Shown piece after piece: positions 1 to 12,845 of a stretch of DNA of 64,000 nt. The notes under the pieces were generated by a model. That model saw nothing but the letters and a program-made list of their open reading frames with translations, ran no database searches and was not told the DNA's origin. The DNA is from Octopus sinensis (Eukaryota), in contig NC_043008.1 of assembly GCF_006345805.1 (NCBI RefSeq), positions 58,838,001-58,902,000 of the forward strand, written 5' to 3'. Made by a program: the position numbers and the translations under genes. Position 1 is the stretch's first letter. Every line of letters begins with the position of its first letter.

Positions 1-599
1 CTCCGCCTTAGCGAAGGCGGAAGTAATAATAATAATATTAGTAGTGATGCCCGTTATATTAATAGTCATACCCATTATACTAATATTCAAAATAGTATTA
101 ATATTCGTGGCACGTGTACTGAACATGTAAGCTTTAATGGAAACAATATTAGTAACAATAAGTATAATAGAAATCATAAAAAGCAAGATGATGATAAAAA
201 TAATGATAAAAAGGAAAATAAGGAAAAGGACAACAGCAATGTCGTTAGATAGGAAAGCTGGGGTGGAAGTAATAAGAATAGTAATTAGGATATGAATAAC
301 AATAAGCATAATAGCAACATGCATATTTCTAGGAGTAGGAGTAACAACAGCAATAAGGAAAACAATAGACACAAACAAAACTACGAGTAAGCCAAAGGCT
401 CAAAGCATACTGTTGCAAAACAAGCTTCTTAGACGTGACGCCATACCCGCGTCTATAGATACATTTTCTTTTTCCAATAGAAAAAAGTGGAAAGCTAATA
501 AAGTATGCCGGAACATTGATGGAGGAATGACGTAAACAGGAGGACAACGTAAAGGGAAAAATATGTGTTATATACAGGGATAGCGAAAACTATAATTCT

Positions 600-770
600 C
601 TCTAGTATAAGCACAAGACCAACGATATTGAGAGGAGAAGTTAGTCGATTACACCGACGCCATTGCGCAACTGGCGTTCATTTTATTGACTCCGAAGCGT
701 TGAAAGACAAAGTCGATCTCGGCAGTATTTGAACACGTAAAGCTGGTAGAAATGCAGCAAATGTCCAGAA
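600..770 (-). mobile_element. Degraded SINE family B copy (alternative 3' tail)
   Basis: TAGTCGATTACACCGAC...CAACTGG...GAAAGACAAAGTCGATCTCGGC matches the reverse complement of the family B core. Confidence 0.65.
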
Positions 771-1266
771 AATTATTCTTCGTTGAGAGTGAAAATATAA
801 TAGAAGGTGAAGTAGAATGAGAGATTAGTTTTCAAGTTTTAGAATTAAGCAAGACAGATATAGCTTGACGCATTGTGTTTAAGTAATGTGTTTAACCGGG
901 AGAGAATTCCTTTTGTCGAAAATATGAACTAAATCTAACTGCTCACATATGTCATAGAACAGGTGACGATATAGATATAAATGAATAGGTAAATAACTAT
1001 TCATTTTGGCGCCGTGGTTCAGCTTGGAATTCATAAATCACGTAAATCTTGTTATATGACCAGTTCATTATCTTGCCCATATGTCATTCGCTGATGAATG
1101 CATACAGACCTATAGAGAATTAGCATAAATTTGCATATGTCAGTGGCACATATACACAAATACATATCCGGACATAAATATATTTCATATGGGTGGTAAA
1201 TACTGTTGTTTATATATACATGTGTGTGCACATATGTGTGCGTATTTGTGGGCCTACATATATATG

Positions 1267-1315
<49 letters not shown>

Positions 1316-1372
1316 ATTTCGTTTTGGGATTTGGTTTGCAAGATTATTTATATGAGTTCGTGTTTTGAAGCA

Positions 1373-1647
1373 TATTCTGTTGTGTCTGGGGAGAGTCATT
1401 TTCTTTTTTTGCCTTAAGATTTACCACACTCACCAGTAAAATTTCCACTTATTTCTTATTTTTATTTAACTAAAATTTTCGTTGCGTCTTGCAATCTTTT
1501 CAATAGTCTTGACTCTTGAAAGGTTGCAAGACGAAACGAAAATTTTGGGAAAATAAAAATAAGAAATAAATGGAAATTTTACCGGTGAGTGTGTTAAATC
1601 GTAAGGCACAAAAAGAAAATGACTCTCCCCAGACAAAACACAGAGTA
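1373..1647. mobile_element. Fold-back (palindromic) MITE, TA-flanked
   Basis: 1375-1500 is the reverse complement of 1519-1645 at roughly 90% identity by eye. The centre AGTC-TT-GACT (1505-1514) is also palindromic. TA occurs at both ends (1373-74, 1646-47), as expected for a Tc1/mariner-type TSD. Confidence 0.8.
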
Positions 1648-1651
1648 TTTA

Positions 1652-2043
1652 CATATATATATGTAAAGCTGAAGTTGTCTGTGTATGGCATGTCTGGTAG
1701 CCTTCAACTAACACTATCTCCTTCGAGACCCTGCGGCTCAAGTTGACCAAAATTCAGAGTATGATAGAAAAAGGTTTGCTCTGCTTTACGTAGAAGAAAA
1801 AATTCAAATCGGACCTTGTTAACACCAAAAATTACTTACTTTAAAAAATTGCTTTTTTTCTATGAAAATCCCTATTTTTCACGATTCTTTGACTGCTGTG
1901 TCGCCATTTTTCCGTGTATTTCAACCAGTAAAAGCTTCACTTTAAGAGAATAACAAACTACCTAATTCAAAATCTTTACTTTTCAAAAGTTCCAATTCTA
2001 AAGGGTCGAAATAAACCCCAGAATCGCCGGGAGATACTGCTAG
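1652..2043 (+). mobile_element. Probable non-autonomous Helitron
   Basis: Starts in ATATATATGTAAAGCTGAAGTTGTCTG and ends CCCCAGAATCGCCGGGAGATACTG-CTAG followed by T (2040-2044). This matches the Helitron 3' signature (GC-rich subterminal hairpin, here degenerate, plus CTAG|T). Confidence 0.55.
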
Positions 2044-2045
2044 TA

Positions 2046-2127
<82 letters not shown>

Positions 2128-2979
2128 GTATATAAATATATATAATATATATACTAAGTAATTAAGGGTTTAGCAACGATTTGCCTCACCACACCCTATA
2201 TATATATAGGGCTGTTTACTTTTATACATTCAATTTCTATTTCCCTAGTTTGTTGCATCAAATCTCATTCTCTAACGGTTGCCAACGGTATATACATATA
2301 TATATAAGCAATGCATTTTAAATTAATGAGTGTAGCATTAATTAAGCAAGATTAATTAAGCAGCACCATAAATACTGTAATTTTAAAGAAAAACCATTAG
2401 TACGCATTAACACATTCAAATCACATCCGAATATAAATCACCTGAAGAATTATTGTTCCCTTTCTGTCTTTCTCCCCTTCCGTATTATGTTCAGCTAACT
2501 ACAGGAATTAGCATACACCCTACGGTCAATCCACGTTTTGTTTTGCTTTAGTTACTTTAAGCATTAAATGATTAAATACAGATTCAATTTTAAGAGTGGG
2601 GAAAAAAGTGATGGAATGCCATAATGGAAAGAAAATTCTTTTGACTATACTTTTCCTTTTCAATTGTTTATATCAGGAAAATAAATTTCCATCTTTCGTT
2701 CCAAGTCCAAACGATTGTTATATCCACAAGAGATTTTCTTATGCATGAGAATATTAACCATTTATAAAACATAAAGCTTATTTGTGGTTTGCATTTGGTA
2801 AATAATTGTTTCAAGTGGCATAATCTTCGGAATGGCTAGAACCAGTAAAATTTCATACAATTAGTTTCCCTGATGCTTTCAAAATAGCTTAGTAAATAAA
2901 CGAATGATCTCTGGAATAACGTTTCTCGACACAGGGCGTAGCTTGAATATTAGTGAGTTTCTACACGTCGAGTCGCTAC

Positions 2980-3400
2980 TTCTTATTTCTTTATTGCCAA
3001 CAGGGGGCTAAACACAGAGGGGAAAAACAAGGACAGACAAACGGATTAAGTCGATTATATCGACCACAGTGCGTAACTGGAACTTATTTAATCGACCTTG
3101 AAAAGATGAAAGGCAAAGTCGATCTCGGCTGAGTTTGAACTCAGAACGTAGCGGCAGATGAAATACCTATTTCTATTTATTTATTGCCCACAGGGGGCTA
3201 AAGACAGAGGGGACAAACAAGGATAGATAAACGGATTAAGTCGGTTACATCGACTCCAGTGCGTAACTGGTACTTAATTTATCGACCCCGAAAGGAAGAA
3301 AAGCAAAGTCGACCTCGGCGGAATTTGAACTCAGAACGTAACGGCGGACGAAATAAGGCCATGAATTTCGCCCGGCGTGCTCACGTTTCTAAACACCGAG
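2980..3400 (-). mobile_element. tRNA-derived SINE family B (Nin/Deu-domain-like), head plus two bodies
   Basis: Reverse complement of 3566-4185. Contains GTTCTGAGTTCAAATTCCGCC (B-box-like) and the GACTTTGCCTTTCATCCTTTCGGGGTCGATAAATTAAGTACCAG core that recurs more than 15 times in the window. Confidence 0.85.
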
Positions 3401-3565
3401 CCGTTACTTCTATGTATTGAGAAATCACAACGCCCGTACTACAAACATATGGTAGAATGTCGCGGGAAGGAATCGCAAGACGCATTTTCAAATCGAGCCC
3501 ATCAGCAGAAGACATACGGGGTAGACCAAAATAGAAATGGTTGGAAAATCTCCATAGTCATACAA

Positions 3566-4185
3566 TAAGGCAGCGAGCTGGCAGAATCGTTAGCACGCCG
3601 GGCGAAATGCTTGGCAGTATTTCGTCTGCCGCTACGTTCTGAGTTCAAATTCCGCCGAGGTTGACTTTGCCTTTCATCCTTTCGGGATCGATTAAATAAG
3701 TACCAGTTACGCACTGAGGTCGATATAATCGACTTAATCCGTTTGGCTATCCTTGTTTGTCACCCTCCCCCCTGTGTTTAGCCCCTTGTGGGTAGTAAAT
3801 AAATAGAAATAGGTATTTCGTCTGCCGCTACGTTCTGAGTTCAAATTCCGCCGAGGTCGACTTTGCCTTTCATCCTTACGGGTTCGATTAAATAAGTACC
3901 GGTTACGCACTTGGGTCGATATAATCAACTTCATTCGTTTGTTTGTCCTTGGTTGTCCTCACTGTGTGTAGCCCCTTGTGGATAGTAAATAAATAGGTAT
4001 TTCGCCTGTCGTTACTTTCTGAGTTCAAATTCCGCCGAGGTCAACTTTGCTGTTAATCCTTTCGGCTCGATAAATTAAGTACCAGTTTCGCACTGGGGTC
4101 GATGTAATCGGCTTAATCCCATTGTCTGTCCCTGTTTGTCTACTCTATATTTAGCCCCCTGTGGGCAATAAAGAAATAAATATCT
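3566..4185 (+). mobile_element. SINE family B, one head plus three tandem bodies
   Basis: Head TAAGGCAGCGAGCTGGCAGAATCGTTAGC at 3566. Bodies start with GTATTTCG at 3617, 3813 and 3997, each ending in an AAATAG/AAATAA tail. Confidence 0.85.
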
Positions 4186-4669
4186 ATAGTCTCACTCGTT
4201 CACGCTTGAGAATCCAGCCGAAAGGTCTAATGACGATTAACTTCGATAAAAGCTTATGGTGGACATACCTGAGGATTCGACCCACGTCTCAAGACCATCG
4301 CTGAATTGTAGGAAAATATGTAGTAGGTACTTCCAAATTTCCAAAATTGGAAGGAAAAAGCAAGGGAAAGGAATAGAGCGGAAATAGACATTTGAAGAAA
4401 AAGAATAACGGCGACAGAAGAAGAGAAACCAAAAAACAATTCTGAACGAAAGTAAATCAAAGGAACAAAAACGTTTTACTCTCTGTTAAATGGCACCGCC
4501 ATAATCACAATATGAGCAGACTTCATGTCACACAGACACCCATGCACAAACTCGCATACACGCCGAGGTATACATGCGCACTGAAACATACACATACCGA
4601 CATACGTAGGCACATATACCATATATGTTTATATATACATGTATGTATGTATACACACACACACACATG

Positions 4670-4839
4670 AAAAGCACTCATGGAGTGGTTGGCGTTAGGT
4701 AGGGCATCCAGCTGTAGAAACACTGCCAGATCAGACTGGGCCTGGCGCAGCCTACTGGCTCCCCAGACCCCAGTTGAACCGTCCAACCCATGCTAGCATG
4801 GAAAACGGACGTTAAACGATGATGATGATGATGATGATA
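4670..4839 (+). mobile_element. SINE 3' half with Meta-domain-like motif and (GAT)n tail
   Basis: GGTTGGCGTTAGGTAGGGCATCCAGCTGTAGAAAC resembles the MetaSINE central domain (from recall). Ends GGAAAACGGACGTTAAAC(GAT)n, an RTE-type tail. Confidence 0.5.
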
Positions 4840-5008
4840 TTGATAGGTTATTGTGATGATATAGACACTTCTTGTAATTTGAATAAATATAATATAGAAT
4901 CAATAGTATATAATTAGAAATTGACGTTTTGTTAACAAGTTGATGTTATCTGTTGATCTCTTCATTTCCTTCTCATATATATATGCGTGTGCGTGAGTGT
5001 GTGTGTGC

Positions 5009-5051
<43 letters not shown>

Positions 5052-6306
5052 TGTGTATGTGTGGAAGTGTGGAATCCAAAACGAGTTACCACGGTTTCCC
5101 CTAACGGCAATGCAAACTTCATATAATCGAGTCATACATGGCCGAAAGAGTAGCTTGCGGTCTACCCCTCTTTTGGATAATTTTCTATTTTCGAGGTTCT
5201 ATGAAGGCATATGTAGCCTGGATTTTATCTACTCCATTCCCTAATTTTGGGATGTTTATTCACATATGCAACAATCCCTGTTGCTAACTGTGGACTATGA
5301 AATTAAGCTTTCAGCTTATCGTACTTCGATATGGGAAAAATACACTACCTTCTGGAATGTCCCCGTAAATTAGCTATTCGATAAAAGAAATTATAGAAGA
5401 AGTACTAGACTTACAAAGAATAAATCCTGGGTTCGATCTATTCGACTAAAACACTTTAAGGCAATGCTCCAGCATGGCTGCAGTCAAAACTAAAGCAAGT
5501 AAAGAATAAAGGAAAACGATAATGTCAAGATGATTAGATGTCTTTTTCTAATTACCACACCGTGCGTCTTTGCATTTTTGTAGCTTTTCAATGACGACAC
5601 CCCATTGACTAGGTGGGTTGGCTAACATGCCACCTGAATGGAGAGACAATCCGTCCCAGGGTTAGCCATTTACACCTCAATGGGTATGAAATGCAACGTG
5701 AAATGAATCCTTTTGCTCAAGTTGTGAGCAATTGTTCTTTTTAATATTAAGACTAATTAACAAAATATCACATACACACACACACACACATATTTACATA
5801 AACATACACGCACGCATAGATATGCAATACTCTATTCTGACGTGTATGCAACATCTATGTAGTTAGTTACAATGAAGCAGCTAAACCACAAAATTAGGTA
5901 TGGAAAGGCCTATTGGTAGCAATGTAAGCGACCTCATCTCTCTTCTCAGAAGAAAGAAATTACATTATAGATGTATCCCACTTGAAAATGTATATAGTAT
6001 ATTAAAAGGGCTGATCAACAGCACATAAGGTGAAAACAGCTCAATAATTGAATAAAGGTTGTGGTACATATTTCTCTAGAACTAAAGGACATGTTGGCCA
6101 AATTCTGTTTCCTCTGTACTTTAATTTCTAACTCTATGGATTTGTTCCATTTTGAAGTGTTATATATGTATATAATTCATATTCATATATGTATCTGTCA
6201 CAGTGGAATTGGATTCCAGTCAGTTTTAGGTTTTGCTTCAACTGATCCTTGAATCGACGGAGAGGACGGTCACGGAGCTTTCTTTCAGTGGAAAGTTCAC
6301 TATATA

Positions 6307-6727
6307 GGCGCAGGAGTGGCTGTGTGGTAAGTAGCTTGTTTACCAACCACATGGTTCCGGGTTCAGTGTCTCACTGCGTGGCACCTTGGGCAAGTGTCTT
6401 CTACTATAGCCTCGGGCCGACCAAAGACTTGTGAGTGGATTTGGTAGACGGAAACTGAAAGAAGCCCGTCGTATATATGTGTATATATATAAGTGTGTGT
6501 GTATGTTTGTGTGTCTGTGTTTGTCCCCCTAGCATTGCTTGACAACCGATGCTGGTGTGTTTACGTCCCCGTTACTTAGCGGTTCGGCAAAAGAGACCGA
6601 TTGAATAAGTACTGGGCTTACAAAAGAATAAGTCCCGGGGTCGAGTTGCTCGATTAAAGGCGGTGCTCCAGCATGGCCGCAGTCAAATAACTGAAACAAG
6701 TAAAAGAGTAAAAGAGTAAAAAAAGAG
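6307..6727 (+). mobile_element. tRNA-derived SINE family A (CORE-like motif, internal TA/TG microsatellite), full length
   Basis: GGCGCAGGAGTGGCTGTGTGGTAAG head, GGTTC..G B box, CACCTTGGGCAAGTGTCTT CORE-like motif, (GTAAAAGA)n tail. Near-identical to copies at 7629, 8913, 20801 and 29891. Confidence 0.9.
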
Positions 6728-6789
6728 TATATAAGATTTAACGCGTCAGCCTCATTTCTTTCATTCTTACTACGTGACCCGCCGATCAC

Positions 6790-7215
6790 AGAACGAGGTT
6801 TCGGGATGGTAGTCTCGATGTTGCTGCTTTTAGTTCTCTTCAAAAAGGAGACATAGGTGACGCAGTCGTTCCATTTAATATTCATAATAGAGCGGAGCGT
6901 CCGTTGGTGAAGTCGTTCTAGTTTTCTGAAGTCACTTCACTAAAGAGTCCAGGTTTCACCACCGTCGAGAAGAGTGGAGATCACGACTGCTTGGTAGCCA
7001 TTCAATCTTGTTTTATAGTTCAAATCTTTGTTCTTAAAGACCCTTTTTGGCACTCCATCTAACGCGGTGGGTGCTATTCTTAATCGGTTCTCAATATCCT
7101 CTTCCGACAAGAAGAAAATGGAGGGTGCCAGAACTAAAGCCTCCACCACGGAGGGTTTGGTTGTGAACTTTGCGGACCGGAGGGAAGAAGTGGTCAAGAA
7201 GAGATCAACTAAATT
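6790..7215 (-). mobile_element. RTE (BovB-like) LINE reverse-transcriptase fragment, internally deleted
   Basis: Translations ALVLAPSIFF, DIENRLRIAPTALDGVPKRVFKNKDLNYKTRLNGYQAVVISTLLDGGETWTL and NIKWNDCVTYVSFLKRTKSSNIET match RTE ORF motifs (GCVLAP, LLYGCETWT, IRWQD..N.EVL). Confidence 0.8.
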
Positions 7216-7499
7216 ATCGGACACACGATAAAACGCCGCCGCCGTCGACGACGACGTCGATGTATGTGTATACATCATATGTATAATGTATATATTTTGC
7301 GTGTGAGTGTCTGAACGTGTATGAGGGTGGATTAGACGAAACGATGTGACGGATTAAGAGTGAGGAACAGAGGAACGATGAGGATGAATGAAATTGCTTT
7401 CGAAGAGACGGGAGTTCGGGTGGCCTCTGAGCAAAGACTGCCCGAACACACAATGTTTCGAATGACTAGTTTGAGCATATATATATATATATATAATAT

Positions 7500-7541
<42 letters not shown>

Positions 7542-7577
7542 ATATTATATATATATATATATAATATATATATATAT

Positions 7578-7628
<51 letters not shown>

Positions 7629-7630
<2 letters not shown>

Positions 7631-7827
7631 CGTAGGAGTGGCTGTGTGGTAAGTAGCTTGCTTAGCAACCACATGGTTCCGAGTTCAGAATAAAGAAATT
7701 ACATGGTTCCGAGTTCAGTCCAATTGCGTAGCACCTTGGGCAAGTGTCTTCTACTATAGCCTCGGGCCGACCACATCCTTGTGAGTGGATTTGGTAGACG
7801 GAAATTTAAAGAAGCCCATCGAATATG

Positions 7828-7860
<33 letters not shown>

Positions 7861-8123
7861 ATGTATGTGTGTGTGCGTGTGTCTGTGTGTGTCTGTGTGT
7901 GAGTGTGTGTGTATATGTTTGAGTTTCTATGTTTGTCACCTCAACTTCGCTTGACAACCGATGTTGGTGTTTTTACATCCCAGTATCATAGGGTTCGGCA
8001 AAAGAGACCGATAGAATAAGTACTAGGCTTACAAAGAATAATTCCTGGGGTGGATTTGCTCGACTAAAGGCGGTGCTCCAGCATGGCCACAGTCAAATGA
8101 CTGAAACAAGTAAAAGAGTAAAA
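7629..8123 (+). mobile_element. SINE family A, full length
   Basis: Same head, core and tail as 6307-6727. Begins directly after a (TA)n tract. Confidence 0.9.
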
Positions 8124-8912
8124 TATACACATATATATTTATACACGTCCATACATATGTGTGTATGTGTATATGAATATATGTATACACTTTCTCTCAC
8201 ATACACACACACACATAAATACACGCATACACTCCTCCCCACTCAACCCCCCCCCCACACACACATATGTATACGTACTTAGTAACTATATGCGAATGTT
8301 TATTTTGTATACGTATAACATAGAATTTGATATCGTGATAATTATATTGAAGAAAATTTTATGTATCTTTCAAAAATATATTTTAGAGAAATATTTTTCT
8401 CAAATCCGACATCTTTATGTTTAATCAATATCTCCTCTTACAGAATAAATCCATTGTGATCGACTTATTTTTTCGTGCGTTGTGCAACGATGTTTATCTC
8501 AATGCATATGAACTTATCTGATGGACATGGTATTATGTGAACTTACTCCATAAATATTTTCAATTTAATTGATCATCAATTACCACAGATGCTTTAATTT
8601 TTAATTACTGATCATGGTTATTGATTGATATGTAAGGCAAGTTTATCCATAAATACATCGTTGGAAATGAATAACGCATTTTTGTTTAATAACAAGTCAT
8701 TAACTGAGTGCAAGTGATGCTTCACACAATACATTAACTGCAGTGCATATGTCCATGCATATATCTACATATACAGCTACGTAAAAATATTCTTACATAC
8801 ACAAACACACACACAAACACACACACACGCACACACACACAAACATACACACACGGACACACATATATATATATACATATTTATGAGTGTGTCTAAGTAT
8901 GCATGTATGTTT

Positions 8913-9102
8913 AGGAGTGGCTGTGTGGTAAGTAGCTTGCTTACGAACCACATGGTCCCGGATTCAGTCCCACTGCGTGGCACCTTGGGCAACTGTCTTC
9001 TATATAGCCTCGAGCCGCCCAAAGCCTTGTGAGTGGATTTGGTAGACGAAAACTGAAAGAAGCTCGTCGTTTATATGTATATATATATATATTATATATA
9101 TA

Positions 9103-9142
<40 letters not shown>

Positions 9143-9363
9143 TATATGCGTGTGTGTGTGTGTGTGTGTTTATATTTGTCCCGCCAACATCGCTTGACAA
9201 CCGATGCTGGTGTGTTTATTTCCCCCGTAACTTAGCGGTTCGGAAAAAAGAGACCGATAGAATAAGTACTAAGCTTACAAAGAATAAGTCCTGGGGTCAA
9301 TTTGCTCGACTAAAGGCGGTGCTCCAGCATGGCCACAGTCACATGACTGAAACAAGTAAAAGA
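8913..9363 (+). mobile_element. SINE family A, near full length
   Basis: AGGAGTGGCTGTGTGGTAAG ... CAGCATGGCCACAGTCACATGACTGAAACAAGTAAAAGA. Confidence 0.9.
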
Positions 9364-9774
9364 AATATATGCCTGTATTAATTTATGCATATTTGAATTG
9401 ATGCATGGTATGTACGTTCTCTTCTATTTTCAATTATTATTCGATAGTCTTCTAAAGAAGGAACTATTTCCTAAACAAGATACAGAGCTCCATCATTAGA
9501 ATGCTAAGAATAAAAACTGAGAGAACTTGAAATTGAGAAAAGTCTCGCATGTTTTTACTGTTTCGCTTACTGATGTTGTTTGTAATATGCGTTTCAGCTG
9601 GTTGGTTTCCTTTCTCCAAATTGTCTAGCTTTGTCACTTGGATGTTTACTATCAAAAACATGTACATCAGTTATTATTTGTATAAATGAGAATTTAAAAT
9701 TTGGGTTTGGAAACTAAACGTTTCGAAGCAGTTATTCCAAAATGACCTCTTTTTATTTGACTTTGAAGAAATAT

Positions 9775-9900
9775 TGACACCACCAGGTCAGCGTATCTCT
9801 ATGACAATACATAATCCTCCTTGTCTATCCCAAACAAATGTATCCAGTCCATTATTGTTGCAAATGTTAGAACTTTTGACGGGAGCGTTCCAATGTATGC
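9775..9900 (-). mobile_element. Possible highly decayed RT fragment
   Basis: Translation TLPSKVLTFATIMDWI...LS*RYADLVV loosely follows the LSP.LF...MD.I...YADD.V RT pattern. Confidence 0.3.
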
Positions 9901-10279
9901 CTCAATATATATGTACATTCCTTTACGAAATTACCCCTAATTGTGGTTTGGATTATGGTAATCTCTTATGTGTTTAAATGTACACTGTATATATAATGAA
10001 TAATATTTAGTCTATTGACTGGTTTTTCTACACACTACACTTTATTTTATGTAGACCAGCCCACTGAGCCGGCAAAATTCAGTACTCATATGCCGGACCG
10101 GTGTCTTGTCTTGGGAGGCAGAAACTATACGACACAGAAACTGAAAAGCCTGGTTTATGAGCTTATGACTCGGATAGGATCTTTGATTCCTTTATGCGTT
10201 ACTTTACAGCTCTTCCTTGTGAACGTTAATAAAAAGAACTGGGATTGTATCACAGCGCGCCTGCGAGCGTATCTTTCGA

Positions 10280-10500
10280 ACCATTCTAAATGCGTCGCGG
10301 AAAGAACATCACATCAAAAACAAAAAATATTGTTCGTAATGATGGGCAATACAGGCAAGTTAATAAGCTGTTTGCTATGGCGCCTTTCTATGATCACCAT
10401 CAAAAAAGTCAGCCTTTGAAGATATACGTTGATTAGTTGATAGATGACACCAGGTGTCCACAGAGACGTGGCATAGAATTAGCGATATTTGAAGGATCGG
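10280..10500 (+). mobile_element. Decayed RTE-X-like LINE 3' fragment
   Basis: KLISCLLW, then a frameshift, then YDHHQKSQPLKIYVD*LIDDTRC, resembling the RTE-X ELISDLLLW..HG.R.RGRP.KTYIDQL..DTGC motif. Confidence 0.5.
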
Positions 10501-11199
10501 GTTCATACTAATCTGAGTAACCTCGACTCGATGCTGATGGTGAGAATTGTAATTCAGCATACTGTTGGTTGATAATGAATTTAGGTAGCTGGAGAGGCTA
10601 GAAATAGAAATTAAGTTTATCTCAAACCACGCCCAACCACACATAAAGAAAACACAAGTTGAATATGTTTGACCTAAACAGCTTTCCGTTAAAAAAAAAT
10701 CTAGACGTGTTTGGTTAGCATGTCTTTGATCATAATTCTACGTAACCAGACTGAACTGGAAGGAAATGTTTAAAATATTCTATCAACATATGGACAAGTC
10801 ATGCACAACACAGCAAAAATTTGAACTGATCTCTGTGTAATTCAGCTGCTCTAGAAAAGTGATTGATGTCCGCTCGTCCGTTTGTTATTTGCACTGAAAA
10901 TCCTGTAATGGTCAGATAGCGAAAAACTATTAAAATTGCAATAAACAGAAATTAAGAAAAAATAGTAAAGTATATTCTTAAAATGTATTCATTCTATTTA
11001 TTGAATCATTGGAGATGTGATGCTGTTCAAATTCAGTGAACTGGTGCAAAATCTAAATATGCAATTTAATTTAATATGGTATTAACTGCTTTAGAATTGT
11101 TTCACTGATTACATCTGCTTGTTTTGCAAATGCATAGAGCGTATTTATGAGTAGATTAAAATATTAGAAGCCTGAACAACGTAATTAAGTGAAGCAGAG

Positions 11200-11268
<69 letters not shown>

Positions 11269-11294
11269 TATATAATATAATATAATATATATAA

Positions 11295-11700
11295 ATTAGA
11301 GAAAAAACATTATTATGCAATTCAAACAATGATAGACATAAACCGAATCATAAATAGAAAATAAAATATATTTTTTAAAACACATAACTAGATCACAAAA
11401 TGTACAAAAATGAATAATCAATATATAATAAGTAAATAATTCCATGCAACCAAAAGCAGAGGTTGCAGGAAAAAATAGGTGAGACCGAGAGCACTATACT
11501 GCCAGTACAAGAGTAGCGTTTGGCCACGAAATAGAGGGTTAACCTTAGGAATGAGCAAGTGTCGCCGCTGTTACGCAATGCCGGACACAATGACGAAGAA
11601 AATCGTCCTTCGTCACGATCGGCGATGACTAAGTCTTTAAACAGCCGCAGCACAACAACAGTAAGAGAAAACATTCTGGTTGATGGTGGCTGTTTGACAC
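11295..11700. repeat. Unclassified interspersed repeat abutting (TA)n; partial second copy at 12734-12845
   Basis: AATTCCATGCAACC...GAGACCGAGAG...CCACGAA...TTAGGAATGAGCAAGTGTC is shared between 11437-11580 and 12734-12845. Confidence 0.65.
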
Positions 11701-12429
11701 TCGTGATTCAGTGCTAAGCTACTACTAAACAATATCTAATGTTAGACGGAATATAGAAACACTTTCCAAAGTCATTCATGCAATTCTTGCAAAACGTCAA
11801 CAATTCATGCGAAAATCACTAATTATCATTTTGTCGACATCAAACATTTCCGTTCTATCGTATGAAGGATATACAGCGGGCAATAGATGAAACGCATCGT
11901 TAAGAACTTCAATCGAATCCTCGGCCAAAGAAAACCATCAGCCAAAAAACACTCATTATAAAAGTTTCTAAAGTCAAATATATCATATTGAGTACTATGT
12001 GTTGTTCTGACGTTGTCTATTTTACTTAAATACTGATATATTATTGTACTTGTTAGTACAGATTGTATAATATATATGATGGCGGTGATGGTTGAACTCA
12101 TTGTTAATATATTAGGTTGTAGATATCAGGCGGAGACGAATACTTTTACATAACAATTCATTATTATATCCTGTATGATATGAACAAGAAATACGTGGTC
12201 TGGCATGCCTATAACCACTCGCTCGAAACACTAATGGAATATTAATGAACTTAAGGTATTTTATAGGCGTCGCCGTATTTAAATATTTTATTGAATTATT
12301 TTGTGTATAGATATTATGAATATCATTACGAACGTTATCTATTTATATACATTAATGTAACCTTGTCGTGAGCATTAATGATTTACTGACAATATCAACA
12401 GCGACTACGACGACAACAACAACAACAAC

Positions 12430-12484
<55 letters not shown>

Positions 12485-12487
<3 letters not shown>

Positions 12488-12673
12488 CTTAGCAGTATTT
12501 CGTCTGTCTTTGTGTTCTGAGTTCAAATTCCGCCGAGGTCGACTTTGCCTTTCATCCTTTCAGGGTCGATAAATTAAGTACCAGTTACGCACTGGTGTCT
12601 ATTTAATCGACTTAATCTGTTTGCCTGTCCTTGTTTGTCCCCTCTATGTTTAGCCCCTTATGGGCAATAAAGA

Positions 12674-12680
<7 letters not shown>
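12485..12680 (+). mobile_element. 5'-truncated SINE family B inside a (TAA)n tract
   Basis: GCTTAGCAGTATTTCGTCTG...GGGCAATAAAGAAAT, flanked on both sides by (TAA)n. Confidence 0.85.
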
Positions 12681-12733
<53 letters not shown>

Positions 12734-12845
12734 TCCATGCAACCACAGGAAAAAAGAGACCGAGAGTTCTATACTGTCAGTGCAAGAGCAGGCTTTGTCC
12801 ACGAACTGGTGGGTCATCATTAGGAATGAGCAAGTGTCTCTGCTG

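Noticed and set aside
1-22. GC hairpin TCCGCCTT-AGCG-AAGGCGGA resembling a Helitron/Helentron end or terminator
   Set aside because: It is truncated by the window edge, so context is unavailable.
3566-4185. CRISPR-like regularly spaced repeats
   Set aside because: These are whole SINE bodies with no unique spacers, in a eukaryotic context.
7475-7628. Irregular interruptions in (TA)n tracts as a possible code
   Set aside because: Single-base indels of this kind are typical of long-read consensus error or slippage.
11500-11600. Possible hammerhead (minus strand), or twister/HDV fold (plus strand), in the 11437/12734 repeat
   Set aside because: Both copies have CUAA and CAAA instead of CUGA and CGAAA, with no helix I. 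The HDV reading gives only a 4-bp P1 and no P1.1. The twister reading lacks P4' and the UAA cleavage loop.
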